DNA of 55,796 bases from Bdellovibrionales bacterium. Lineage in GTDB: Bacteria > Bdellovibrionota > Bdellovibrionia > Bdellovibrionales > JAMPXM01. The notes below the pieces were generated by a model, which saw only the letters and a list, made by a program, of their open reading frames with translations, did no database searches and was not told the DNA's origin. Position numbers and translations under genes: made by a program. Every line of letters starts with the position of its first letter. Position 1 is the stretch's first letter. Of the stretch, positions 8,642-17,893 are shown one piece after another. The stretch is from the NCBI GenBank assembly GCA_043746635.1, contig JAYTQQ010000129.1:1-55796 (forward strand). The letters run 5' to 3'.

Positions 8642-9799
8642 CTACTCTTGCAAAGACACTTTCACTTCTTGGGGCGAAATCCAATTCTTTGGATTTTCGG
8701 GCTCCGAAAAGTGTCTTATCTCAAAATAAATTCCAACATTATTTGCCTTCGATGTCGAGCCGGCACTCGCTATGACTTGTGATTTCTTTACGAGTTCATC
8801 TTGTTTCACTTTCACCTGACTAAGGTGTGAGTAAACCGAGTAGTAATGATCACCATGATCAATGATAATTGTGTCGCCGTAGCCATCGATGCGTCCACGG
8901 TAAGAAACTCTACCGTCGTATACCGCGATCACTGAAGCCGCAATCGCAGACGAATATAACCAACCCTTATGGCTGAATTCAACCGGGTAATCCTCATGTT
9001 TACTTAGACCAAAGTCTTGAGTGATGCTTCCCGAAATGGGAGCTGGCAACAATCCCTTATTTTCATAAAATGCCGTTTTCAAAAGTTCTGAAAGAGCCGC
9101 ATCGAAGCTCGTGAGTTTCTTTTCTTGAGCACGCGTCCTTAAAGTTTTAATTTTCTCAACATTTGCGATTTTAGTTTTTTCTATCTGCGAAACAATTTTC
9201 GATTTTTCTGAATGTTCTGTTACCAGAAGCGACTCTTGTTTCTTAATATCGCCCTCGATGTGCATGAGATTCTTCACTTGAGTATTGAGATTTGATCTCT
9301 TTGACCTCAATTCGGCAATATTCTGCTCGTAAGATTTGATCAGCGAAAAATCTTTTTCAGAAATAATCTTCAAGAATTTCATCGAGCGATCAAGTGATAA
9401 GGCGCTTTCTTGAGAAAACATGACTGCGACATAGGTTTGACCCGAAATTTTATAGAGGTTCCTAAGACTCAATCTAAGCTGTTTTTGCTCGACGGCGACT
9501 CTTTTTTCAAGCTTCGCGATATCTCTCGCGATATATTTGACCGATCCTTGAGTCTTCAATAATTTATCTGTCATCTCGCCTTTTTCTTGCGAAATCTTTT
9601 TCATTCTCTTAGAGATTTCATAAAGTGAACCTAAGATCTTTCTTTTCTCTTGATCGCTATCCGCAATCGATTCGCGATTTTTTTGAACCTCCAGGCTAAC
9701 TTCTTTCACCTCTGTCGGAATCTCAACGGGCGCGACTGGCGCAGGAGTCTGCGCCAAGACGTGAACCGAAAATGTTAGAGCCAATAGGAGATCCTTCAC
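8642..9799 (-). CDS. envC: Murein hydrolase activator EnvC family (coiled coil plus degenerate M23)
   Basis: Signal peptide, long coiled coil, M23 domain with HKGWLY/YSHL/IYFEIR; lies downstream of ftsEX. GTG 9799 overlaps the ftsX stop. Confidence 0.85.
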   Translation of the reverse strand: MKDLLLALTFSVHVLAQTPAPVAPVEIPTEVKEVSLEVQKNRESIADSDQEKRKILGSLYEISKRMKKISQEKGEMTDKLLKTQGSVKYIARDIAKLEKRVAVEQKQLRLSLRNLYKISGQTYVAVMFSQESALSLDRSMKFLKIISEKDFSLIKSYEQNIAELRSKRSNLNTQVKNLMHIEGDIKKQESLLVTEHSEKSKIVSQIEKTKIANVEKIKTLRTRAQEKKLTSFDAALSELLKTAFYENKGLLPAPISGSITQDFGLSKHEDYPVEFSHKGWLYSSAIAASVIAVYDGRVSYRGRIDGYGDTIIIDHGDHYYSVYSHLSQVKVKQDELVKKSQVIASAGSTSKANNVGIYFEIRHFSEPENPKNWISPQEVKVSLQE

Positions 9800-10725
9800 T
9801 CGAACTTGCCTTCGGAGGCTGCCCAACCACTATTCAACCGGCGAATTGTGAAAAAGGCACTGAGAGCACCCCAGGCCGGTCCGCAAACAATCAGCGCGAG
9901 CAAAAAGAGCGGCCGCAAGAAAAGAATTTGATCCGAAAGTCTAGCGAAGGATAGGTTTTCGCGAATAAAGTCAGAACCTAAAATGTAGAGACCATAATTT
10001 GTTCCGAGTGCTAGTAACATCGCTAAAAATCCCATAATAGCGGCCTCAAAAATAAAAGGCCCGCGAATCATTGCGGAAGTCGCACCCACTAACTCAAGAA
10101 TCTCGATTTCTTCTTTACGGCTCGAAATGCTCACGCGAATTGAGTTACTGATGATGAGAAGACTGCCCGCGAGCAAAACCAAAATCAGGACCCAGCCGGA
10201 ACGTGAAGCTCCATCAGCAAGTCGAGAAAAGTTCTTTACCCAATTTTGACCGTACGAGACGTCTTCGACGCCGTTCATTTTCTGAATTTCTCCTGCGATT
10301 CTTTCAAGCCTCGACGCTCCGCCCTGATCGCGCAGACCCGACTTTAACGTCACGATATAACTCGCCGGAAAAGGATTTGAGAATTCAGAATCGCTCAACA
10401 ACGAGGGAGCGTACGTCGCCATCTGAAGTTTAAAAGAATTTTTCGCCGAAGCCTTATCGACAAAATCTACAGCTGCGGTATCTTGGAGTTTCAAAATACT
10501 TTGCTTTAGGTTTTCAATCTCGGCGGGGAGCGTTTCGTCATTTATGTAGGCGGTTACGCGAATCGAATCTCCCCAGCTCGTGATGATAGACTCAAGGTTG
10601 AGCATGAATATCAGAACAAAGCTCACGATCGAAAAGCTTGCGACCAGAACTAAGAGCGTCGTGATTTGCATTCCGGTGTGGTGAATCCACGAGCGTTTTA
10701 AATTTGAAATTTCTTCTCTCAACAT
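9796..10725 (-). CDS. ftsX: Cell division ABC permease FtsX
   Basis: NPFPASY, SNSIRVSI...EIEILELVGAT..IRGPF; 4-TM layout; adjacent to ftsE. Confidence 0.93.
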   Translation of the reverse strand: MLREEISNLKRSWIHHTGMQITTLLVLVASFSIVSFVLIFMLNLESIITSWGDSIRVTAYINDETLPAEIENLKQSILKLQDTAAVDFVDKASAKNSFKLQMATYAPSLLSDSEFSNPFPASYIVTLKSGLRDQGGASRLERIAGEIQKMNGVEDVSYGQNWVKNFSRLADGASRSGWVLILVLLAGSLLIISNSIRVSISSRKEEIEILELVGATSAMIRGPFIFEAAIMGFLAMLLALGTNYGLYILGSDFIRENLSFARLSDQILFLRPLFLLALIVCGPAWGALSAFFTIRRLNSGWAASEGKFE

Positions 10726-10736
10726 ATTAAGAACCC

Positions 10737-11396
10737 TTAGTTGTCAGAAATAATTTTGCCGGACTGAATCTGAATAATTCTTTTAGCGCGTCTTCGCACC
10801 ATTTCGTGATCATGGCTCGCGATAAAAACCGTCGTGCCTTGAGAATTTACTTTGGTGAGTAGATCCATAATTTCTTCGCTGAGGTGAGGATCTAAATTTC
10901 CGGTTGGCTCATCGGCAATGAGAATTCCTGGTTGGTGAATAATGGCCCGTGCGATCGCGACTCTTTGTTGCTCTCCACCCGATAATTGCTCGGGAAAAGA
11001 TTTCGCTTTGTAGATGAGGCCGACTTGGTCGAGAACTTCGTTTGTGCGACGTTGAACGTAGCTTGCACGTTCATTTTTAATCTGGAGAGGCAAAGCAACA
11101 TTTTCAAAAATAGTTCGACCTTTGAGAAGTCTGAAGTCTTGAAAAACAACACCAATCTTGCGGCGTAAATACGGAACCTCTCTTTGATTGATGCGACTCA
11201 GATCATAGCCTTCAACGAAGAGCTTACCCGACGTGGCCATATCAAACGCACTAATCATTCGAAAGAGAGTTGTCTTTCCAGAGCCGCTTGGTCCCGTTAA
11301 AAAAAGAAACTCGCCCTTGTGAATTTCAAGATCGACGTTTGATAGCGCATGATTTCTGCCCGAGTAGGTTTTGTAAACGTGAGAAAAATGTATCAT
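10737..11396 (-). CDS. ftsE: Cell division ATP-binding protein FtsE
   Basis: GPSGSGKT, RRKIGVVFQDFRLL, LSGGEQQRV and ADEPTGNLD motifs. Confidence 0.95.
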   Translation of the reverse strand: MIHFSHVYKTYSGRNHALSNVDLEIHKGEFLFLTGPSGSGKTTLFRMISAFDMATSGKLFVEGYDLSRINQREVPYLRRKIGVVFQDFRLLKGRTIFENVALPLQIKNERASYVQRRTNEVLDQVGLIYKAKSFPEQLSGGEQQRVAIARAIIHQPGILIADEPTGNLDPHLSEEIMDLLTKVNSQGTTVFIASHDHEMVRRRAKRIIQIQSGKIISDN

Positions 11397-11402
11397 CCTC
11401 TT

Positions 11403-11431
11403 AGTCTAAACCGCGACTCAATTTGAACCAA
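11403..11431 (-). promoter_or_regulatory. Candidate sigma70 promoter for ftsE (leaderless geometry)
   Basis: Minus strand TTGGTT-N17-TAGACT, then 6 nt, then ATG 11396. Confidence 0.4.
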
Positions 11432-11434
11432 TAT

Positions 11435-11689
11435 CTAAATCAATTGACCCGACACAAGTTGGTCTAGAACATGTTGATGTTGCGCGATGAGAGCTAGACG
11501 AATTGCCCGCGGATCCTTGTAGGAACTAGGCTTAAGGATGTCTCGGTAAGAAGTTTTAATATTTTTTACGACGGCTCCATTTAAATAAACTCGACTCACC
11601 AGAAATGGATTATCAAAACCCCAGTCTTCACTTTGAATGTGGTAGTTCCCACCGTCGTAATCTACATCTGAATTAAAACCTTTTTGCAT
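11435..11689 (-). CDS. Small hypothetical protein (MQKGFNSDV...YHIQSEDWG..NP)
   Basis: Globular-looking 84-aa ORF from ATG 11689. The ORF-track N-terminal extension runs over AT-rich promoter-like DNA. Confidence 0.75.
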   Translation of the reverse strand: MQKGFNSDVDYDGGNYHIQSEDWGFDNPFLVSRVYLNGAVVKNIKTSYRDILKPSSYKDPRAIRLALIAQHQHVLDQLVSGQLI

Positions 11690-11758
11690 GATCAAAAACT
11701 TATATGATTCTGTCTCATTTTGACAATGAAAATTCGACTTATTTTTTGAAGACATTTT

Positions 11759-11786
11759 TAACAGAATTTCTATTTCCTGCCGATGA
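11759..11786 (+). promoter_or_regulatory. Candidate sigma28-like promoter for the metalloprotease operon
   Basis: TAAC-N16-GCCGATGA, ending 8 nt before ATG 11795. Confidence 0.45.
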
Positions 11787-11794
11787 CATAAGAC

Positions 11795-13837
11795 ATGACT
11801 TTTAAATTTCGTTCTCGACTAAAAACTGCGCTCAAATTCTCTTTGTCTATGTTGACTCTGAACATTTTTTATAACAACTGCTCGGGCGGAAGCTCTACCT
11901 CTAGTAATTCATCTTACTCTGTTCCCGCAGCTCCGTATTGCCCATATTTGCCTTCAAAGACATTTGCAAACTCAGTGACGCTATCTGGTCGCGCTGTTTA
12001 TGAGTATCGCATCAACGGAAACGGCGTCATCGCGAATGGCACTTTAATCATCACTCCGCAATCCGCAACGGGTGTTCAAACATTTTCAGTGACGATTCAT
12101 TCGATAGTTTATTCTTGGATTTCTCCCGCAAATTTTACGACGAGTGATGTCGCGAGACATCTCGCAGCGGTTATTCAAGCCGATTCGAATTCTGTCGTTC
12201 AAGCAACGGCTGCAACGAATCTCACTCTCAATCAAAACGACGAAACGCAAATATTAAACTTAAGCGTTTCGAACAACCTCCTCGTCACTCAAGGTGCTCC
12301 GGCGAACGCCATTCGTTTTGCAGAGGTCAGCGTAAGTGACAGCGACGGAACAATTGTTCAATGTGCCGAAACCGATTCTCAAGGAAATTTCTCTTTTGCG
12401 CTTCCGCAAGGATTGGCAACTTACACGGTTTCGGTGAGCCCACGCGCTAATAACTCAAATTTGCAGGCTTATGTTTTAAAGGATCCAAATACGAGCCAAA
12501 CTTATTCGGTAAGCACTCAGGCCTCGGCAGCAACCTCGTCGCAAAATTTAAAACTGATCGCGAGCGCGCAAGGAACACTCGAGGGGGGAGCATTTAATAT
12601 TCTTGATCAGCTTGCGCGTGCGAATATTTTCTTACGCAATTTTACTTCGGCGTCTCAAGGTTGTGGGGCTTCGCAGTTTCCCGATTGTGTTCCTTTTCAG
12701 GTAGGACCGATGGTTTCTGTTTACTGGAAAAAAGGCTTCAACCCGGGAACTTACGAAGGCATGGACCCTCGTTCCGGAATTAGTTACTACCTTCCCGGAA
12801 AGAGCCAACTCTACATTATGGGTGGAGTAAATGGTGACGTAAATTTTTCTGATACCGATCACTTCGACAACTCAGTGATCATTCACGAGTACGGCCACTT
12901 TATGGAAGAGCATTACGGAAAATCCGATTCTCCCGGTGGAAGCCATGATGGATACTCGCAACTTGATCCGAGACTTGCGTGGAGTGAAGGCTGGGCCGAT
13001 TTCTTTCAAGCTGCCGTCACCGGTAGTCCTGTCTATCGCGACACCTACGGAAATGCCGACGGAGCCGCTGGTTTATTTTTTAACGAAGACATCGAGAATC
13101 TAACAGCTACGTCTGCGGATCGCCCGGCTTCGACTCCATTCGGAGAAGGAAATTATCACGAGTTTTCAATCACGCGTCTTTTATGGGATGCCATTGATCC
13201 TCATCCCGTCACGGGAGCTGGCGCAAACCCGCCAGATGAAAATGTACAAGGACCTTTCGCAGAAATCTGGGCGATCTTCAGTGGACCAACAAGTGGTTTT
13301 CATTCGATGAAACAACATTTTCGAAGCATAGGCCTTCTTCATCTATTACAAAACTCAAAATCAGGCCACACCGATTGGTCGACTCTAAGGGCGGCAGAAT
13401 ATCAAGATGGTGATCGTCGAAACTACGGCGCGGTCGTAACGACTTCTGGATGTGCAAGTAGTAGCAGCGAAAGCATCACTCCTATTGCAACTTACAATAC
13501 TGATTACTTTCGTAACAATCGATTTTTCTCGTATCATCACCCCGGCGGAAGGTTTGATGTTGTCTTAAATTATTCGACCCCTACAGGAGCCCTCGCAGAT
13601 CTCGACTTGATCGTCTACAAAGAAGACTATGTGTTTGAAGATAAATCTACGATCGAAGTGGCTAGCCAAGCAAGTCCTCCGACAAACTGTAGCTCATCCA
13701 TACAATGCGCCGAACATGTCTTAGCGACCCTCGATGCTGGATTTTATCTGATCAATGTTTCTGCTGCCGCTTCGAACGCGGGTGCAACAAATTTTAATCT
13801 GACAATTAATTCTCAACCCGCTTGCATGACCAATTAA
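11795..13837 (+). CDS. Secreted/lipoprotein zinc metalloprotease (gluzincin HExxH+E) with accessory beta domains
   Basis: Signal ending FYNNC followed by a Ser/Gly linker; IIHEYGHF; downstream AWSEGWADFF third ligand; C-terminal PPC-like DLDLIVY...LDAGFYLINV. Confidence 0.85.
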   Translation: MTFKFRSRLKTALKFSLSMLTLNIFYNNCSGGSSTSSNSSYSVPAAPYCPYLPSKTFANSVTLSGRAVYEYRINGNGVIANGTLIITPQSATGVQTFSVTIHSIVYSWISPANFTTSDVARHLAAVIQADSNSVVQATAATNLTLNQNDETQILNLSVSNNLLVTQGAPANAIRFAEVSVSDSDGTIVQCAETDSQGNFSFALPQGLATYTVSVSPRANNSNLQAYVLKDPNTSQTYSVSTQASAATSSQNLKLIASAQGTLEGGAFNILDQLARANIFLRNFTSASQGCGASQFPDCVPFQVGPMVSVYWKKGFNPGTYEGMDPRSGISYYLPGKSQLYIMGGVNGDVNFSDTDHFDNSVIIHEYGHFMEEHYGKSDSPGGSHDGYSQLDPRLAWSEGWADFFQAAVTGSPVYRDTYGNADGAAGLFFNEDIENLTATSADRPASTPFGEGNYHEFSITRLLWDAIDPHPVTGAGANPPDENVQGPFAEIWAIFSGPTSGFHSMKQHFRSIGLLHLLQNSKSGHTDWSTLRAAEYQDGDRRNYGAVVTTSGCASSSSESITPIATYNTDYFRNNRFFSYHHPGGRFDVVLNYSTPTGALADLDLIVYKEDYVFEDKSTIEVASQASPPTNCSSSIQCAEHVLATLDAGFYLINVSAAASNAGATNFNLTINSQPACMTN

Positions 13838-13847
13838 AGGAAGAGCC

Positions 13848-14405
13848 ATGAAAGAGTCTAATTCTCGAATCGAAATGTTAAAACTCCTCAGAATTCCGGC
13901 GGCTCTTCTTTTCTTGAGTTTTTTAGGTTTTCTCGCAGTTAAAATGAATTACGCTGAAGAAATTGCCGGTCGAAACTTAAACGAAAAGCCTGCGTACCGT
14001 ACTCCTTCAAAAGCTTTCAAAAAACCGCATGGTGCGATTGAAATCGAAATTTCAAATCAAAACGTAGAACCTCTCCTCACGGGCCAATCAACCGAACTTA
14101 TAGGGAAAGTGACTGCTCGCCGTGACCTCGCTCAAGTTGATATCACTTGGCATTTGCCTGCAGGAGTAGAGAGACTTGATGGAGTTCAAAAGCAAAGCTT
14201 GTCAAATCTTCACACCGGAGAAACTCAGCAAGTAAGCATTCGGGTCATCTCTCACTCTGACGTCAATCAACAAATTCATCTCGAGGCAAGCTACCAACAA
14301 GGCGATCTCAAGATCGGAAATACATCTCAGTTCAATACTCTCGATCAACAAAATGCAAAAATGTATTCACATGCTCAAAGCGAAGGAGCCAAAATATGGC
14401 AATAA
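13848..14405 (+). CDS. Membrane-anchored/secreted hypothetical protein, Ig-like beta domain
   Basis: N-terminal hydrophobic helix; alternating beta pattern ITWHLPAGV..L.G...LHTGETQQVSIRV; 10 bp after the protease stop. Start may be Met10. Confidence 0.75.
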   Translation: MKESNSRIEMLKLLRIPAALLFLSFLGFLAVKMNYAEEIAGRNLNEKPAYRTPSKAFKKPHGAIEIEISNQNVEPLLTGQSTELIGKVTARRDLAQVDITWHLPAGVERLDGVQKQSLSNLHTGETQQVSIRVISHSDVNQQIHLEASYQQGDLKIGNTSQFNTLDQQNAKMYSHAQSEGAKIWQ

Positions 14406-14818
14406 CCAAACTCGCAATCGGTATTTTAGTTCTTTCGATGCAGGCAAATTTTGCGTCTGCGGATGCGGCATCAGACGCGACAACGGCTGAAGCACTTTCT
14501 AAAACTCAAAATCTACTCCACGATCGAATGGCGCGCGAAAAGGCGGCCGGAGAGTCAACTAAGGCAGCCGCGACCATGAAGTCAGCCGAGAGTTTTGTCG
14601 GAAAAGAAAATACTCAAGAGTTATATGATCTCAGCGCTGAAATCATGGGAACAGTCACCAATCAATCAAACGGCAATGTGAAACTGATGAGCGAAAGCTT
14701 ACAAAAAAGCCCAGAAGATTTCATTAAGTTTCTCAATCCAGAAGAGATTGCTAAAATAAAAGCTTTAGCTAAAAAGATTGAGGCTCAGCGAAGTCCGAGC
14801 TCTTCAACACCACGCTAA
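14396..14818 (+). CDS. Secreted helical hypothetical protein
   Basis: Signal peptide ending ASA; Ala/Lys/Glu-rich helical mature part; overlaps the upstream gene by 10 bp. Confidence 0.75.
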   Translation: MAITKLAIGILVLSMQANFASADAASDATTAEALSKTQNLLHDRMAREKAAGESTKAAATMKSAESFVGKENTQELYDLSAEIMGTVTNQSNGNVKLMSESLQKSPEDFIKFLNPEEIAKIKALAKKIEAQRSPSSSTPR

Positions 14819-15390
14819 ACAAGATTAATTTCGATCAAGGGATCAAATTGCTCTTTTAAGATTCCGTGAATGGCATCAAGAGTTCCGGCGGAGGAACTCG
14901 GGCAGGTTCCGCAAGCGCCTTGGTACCGAATATCAACGGTGTGGCCGTGATAACTAACGACCTCAATATCTCCGCCATCACCTTGCAGGTAAGTTCTGAC
15001 CGTGCGATCTAAAATTTCTTCGATCTGCTGAACTTCGATCGGTAATTTCGAACGATCAACTTTTTTGCCTTCTTCTTCAGTCAAAAACTCAGGATCATGG
15101 ATCGCGATACGCGACTGAATAATCGAGCTGACATCGGCTTTTAATTTTTCAGAATTTGTTTCTTCAGAATGGGTGACCGTCAAAACGTTTTCGAAAAAGT
15201 GAAGCTGTCTGACGCCATCAATGTGAAAAATCTCTTCTGCAAGTTTTACTCCGAAGGCCTCACTTGGCCTGGCAAACGTTGCTTTACCGGTTGCCTTAAG
15301 AGTTCGGTTGACCACAAACTTGATCGCGTTTGGATTAGGCGTTGGCAATACTCTTACTAAAATTTCGTTATTCTCTAGTGTGTCGCTCAT
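14815..15390 (-). CDS. nfuA: NifU/NfuA-family Fe-S carrier (Nfu_N plus NifU-C)
   Basis: PTPNPNAIKF N-terminal domain; VRTYLQGDGGDIE...GACGTCPSS CxxC motif. Confidence 0.9.
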   Translation of the reverse strand: MSDTLENNEILVRVLPTPNPNAIKFVVNRTLKATGKATFARPSEAFGVKLAEEIFHIDGVRQLHFFENVLTVTHSEETNSEKLKADVSSIIQSRIAIHDPEFLTEEEGKKVDRSKLPIEVQQIEEILDRTVRTYLQGDGGDIEVVSYHGHTVDIRYQGACGTCPSSSAGTLDAIHGILKEQFDPLIEINLV

Positions 15391-16604
15391 AAGAGGAGAC
15401 CTTTCGCTTTTTGAGTGGCTTCTACAAAGTAATCAACTTCATCTTGAGTGTTATAAATAGAGAACGAGGCACGTGCCGTCGTAGTGAGGCCCATCTTTCT
15501 TAAAAGCGGCTGCGTACAATGATGCCCAGTACGAATCGCTATGGCTTCTTGATCTAAAAGTGTTCCTAAGTCGGACGGATGAATCCCTTTCATCGAAAAA
15601 CTAATGATCGAGGCTTTCGGTGCCGGCGGTCCTAAGATTTTTAAATCAGAAATTTTTTGAAATTCTTGAGTCGCGTAAACGAGTAACTCGTCGAGCATTT
15701 TAGAAGCCTTCGCAATTCCAACATTATTTAAATAACGAATCGCTTCGCCCAAGCCAATCGCGTCTGCAATCGAAGGCGTCCCGGCTTCAAATTTTTGCGG
15801 CAGATCTGCGTAAGTTGTTTTCTCAAAGCTTACTTCCGAAATCATGCTGCCGCCCCCTTGGTAAGGAGGCATCTCGTTTAACAACTTCTCTTTTCCGTAG
15901 AGCACGCCAATGCCGTACGGACCAAAAATTTTGTGGCCTGAAAAAGCTAGAAAATCGCAATCGAGAGCTTGAACATCGACCATTTGATGGCTTACAGCCT
16001 GAGCGGCATCAAGTAAAACAACTGCTCCCACTTCGTGCGCGAGATCCACATACTTCTGAACATCGATAATGGTTCCTAAGGTGTTGGAGCACATCGTGAG
16101 CGCTAAGATCTTTGTTTTTTTACTAAGGAGCTTTTTGAAAGATTCAAACTGAAGCACTCCATTCGTGTCGACCTCTATCACTTTTAGGGTAGCGCCCACT
16201 TGATCGGCGATCAATTGCCACGGAACAATGTTAGAATGGTGCTCGAGTTCAGAAATAATAATTTCGTCATGGGGCTTTAGTTTTTGTCCCCAAGACTGAG
16301 CTACCAAATTAATCGACTCCGTCGTCCCGCGAGTGAATATGATTTCGGATGAGAGTTTCGCATTGATAAAAGATTGAACGATAATGCGAGCACCTTCATA
16401 ATTCACGGTACCTTGTGAGCCCAAAAAGTGAGAGCTTCGATGAATGTTCGAAACCTCGTTCAAATAGTATTTATGAATGCGCTCGATAACGATATCTGGC
16501 TTGAGACTCGATGCCGCGTTATCAAAGTACACCAGATTCTTACCGTGAATCTTTTGATTCAAGATCGAGAAGTCTTTGCGAATGAGTTCGGCCGATATGC
16601 TCAT
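15387..16604 (-). CDS. sufS: Cysteine desulfurase, group II
   Basis: YFDNAAS, EHHSN, SGHKIFGP (PLP Lys) and RTGHHC motifs. Confidence 0.96.
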   Translation of the reverse strand: MSISAELIRKDFSILNQKIHGKNLVYFDNAASSLKPDIVIERIHKYYLNEVSNIHRSSHFLGSQGTVNYEGARIIVQSFINAKLSSEIIFTRGTTESINLVAQSWGQKLKPHDEIIISELEHHSNIVPWQLIADQVGATLKVIEVDTNGVLQFESFKKLLSKKTKILALTMCSNTLGTIIDVQKYVDLAHEVGAVVLLDAAQAVSHQMVDVQALDCDFLAFSGHKIFGPYGIGVLYGKEKLLNEMPPYQGGGSMISEVSFEKTTYADLPQKFEAGTPSIADAIGLGEAIRYLNNVGIAKASKMLDELLVYATQEFQKISDLKILGPPAPKASIISFSMKGIHPSDLGTLLDQEAIAIRTGHHCTQPLLRKMGLTTTARASFSIYNTQDEVDYFVEATQKAKGLLL

Positions 16605-17893
16605 TTTACTTCTTCACTTTTAAAATGTTTCAATTTTTCAGATAAGAGACTCTTCACTTTTTGAACAACGACTGAATCAACGCTGTCGAGCATTTCGTAT
16701 GCATATCCCTCAACCAGCATTCTGACGGCTTGGTCCCTTGAGATTGCTCGCGAAACAAGATAAAAAATTTGATTTTGATCTATTTGGCCAGAAGCAGAGC
16801 CATGCGTAGCCTTGACATCGTCGTTAAAAATCTCAAGGCGCGGAAGAGAATCGATTTCTGCCCTATTACTCATTAAAAGATTCTTATTTAATTGTTCGGC
16901 AGTCGACTTCGGGGCCGACTGCTCAATGCGAACCTTCGCGTTGAAAACCGCGCGCGATTGATCTGCGAGAATTCCTTTGAAGAATTGATGACTTAAGGTC
17001 TCAGGAGCCACGTGCCGAATGATACCCTGGTGATCAGTATGCTGTTTGTTTTCATTTAAATAAATGCCATTCACGAAAGCTTCGGACGCGACTCCGTTTA
17101 AGTTCACGTTGGTTTCGGTTCTGGTAAGGTCTCCGCCTAAATCAATGTGCAAAGTTTTGAGAACACTCGCTTTGCTTTGCTCAAATTTCTTAACAAAAAA
17201 ATTATTGCTGCCATGAGACGTTACGTTGAGAAAATTATGCTCGAGATGAGCCGAGTCTTTCAACGTGACTTCGCAGACGTGATTTTCAATCTGATCTGAA
17301 ACTTCAGTAAGACCCGCATGGATCTCTAAGATGCTCGCCTCAGAAAATTCATTTAGGAGAATACGCATTCGAGAAGAATGAATTTGTGGACGGCCTACAT
17401 CAGAAGAATTCAAAAAAAGAAACGCCACAGGCTGAGCGATTTTTTGCTGCGCATTCACTTCAAAGGCGTAAAGGTCGTTCAGTAAAAGTTGATTGACCTT
17501 CTCGAACTCACTCGCCGATTCAAGCTTAGAGAACTTAGAACCATTTTGAATTTGCAAAAATTGAAATTGGTCCGATTTTGAAACTTTCGAAAGGGACGGC
17601 GCATACTGACCATTCCAGAAAACGAAACTGGATTCAAATCCGCTTTTCAAAAAATCTTGCCATGAAGAAGATAGGCTGGCTGGAGCTTTTTGCTCCGACG
17701 GCCAGAACTCGAGCCTTGAGAGCCTTGAGATATTTGTGTACTTCCAATTCTCTTTTTTGGGCGTTGGCCAAGAAAAGTTTTGAAGAAGCTCCTCGAGCTC
17801 TCCTTCAAAACTAGATGAAGATACTTTCGAAAACCAATCTTTCGATGCAAGCTTAGCCGTCGAAAAGGCTTTTTCAAGATTTGAAAAACTCAT
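16601..17893 (-). CDS. sufD: Fe-S assembly protein SufD
   Basis: ENWKYT, FKGIL...VFNA and PRLEIFNDDVKATHG motifs. ATG 17893 overlaps the sufC stop. Confidence 0.93.
   Translation of the reverse strand: MSFSNLEKAFSTAKLASKDWFSKVSSSSFEGELEELLQNFSWPTPKKENWKYTNISRLSRLEFWPSEQKAPASLSSSWQDFLKSGFESSFVFWNGQYAPSLSKVSKSDQFQFLQIQNGSKFSKLESASEFEKVNQLLLNDLYAFEVNAQQKIAQPVAFLFLNSSDVGRPQIHSSRMRILLNEFSEASILEIHAGLTEVSDQIENHVCEVTLKDSAHLEHNFLNVTSHGSNNFFVKKFEQSKASVLKTLHIDLGGDLTRTETNVNLNGVASEAFVNGIYLNENKQHTDHQGIIRHVAPETLSHQFFKGILADQSRAVFNAKVRIEQSAPKSTAEQLNKNLLMSNRAEIDSLPRLEIFNDDVKATHGSASGQIDQNQIFYLVSRAISRDQAVRMLVEGYAYEMLDSVDSVVVQKVKSLLSEKLKHFKSEEVK

Noticed and set aside
8642-9000. Degenerate M23 zinc motif as a novel pseudoenzyme
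   Set aside because: Loss of zinc ligands is the expected state for EnvC.
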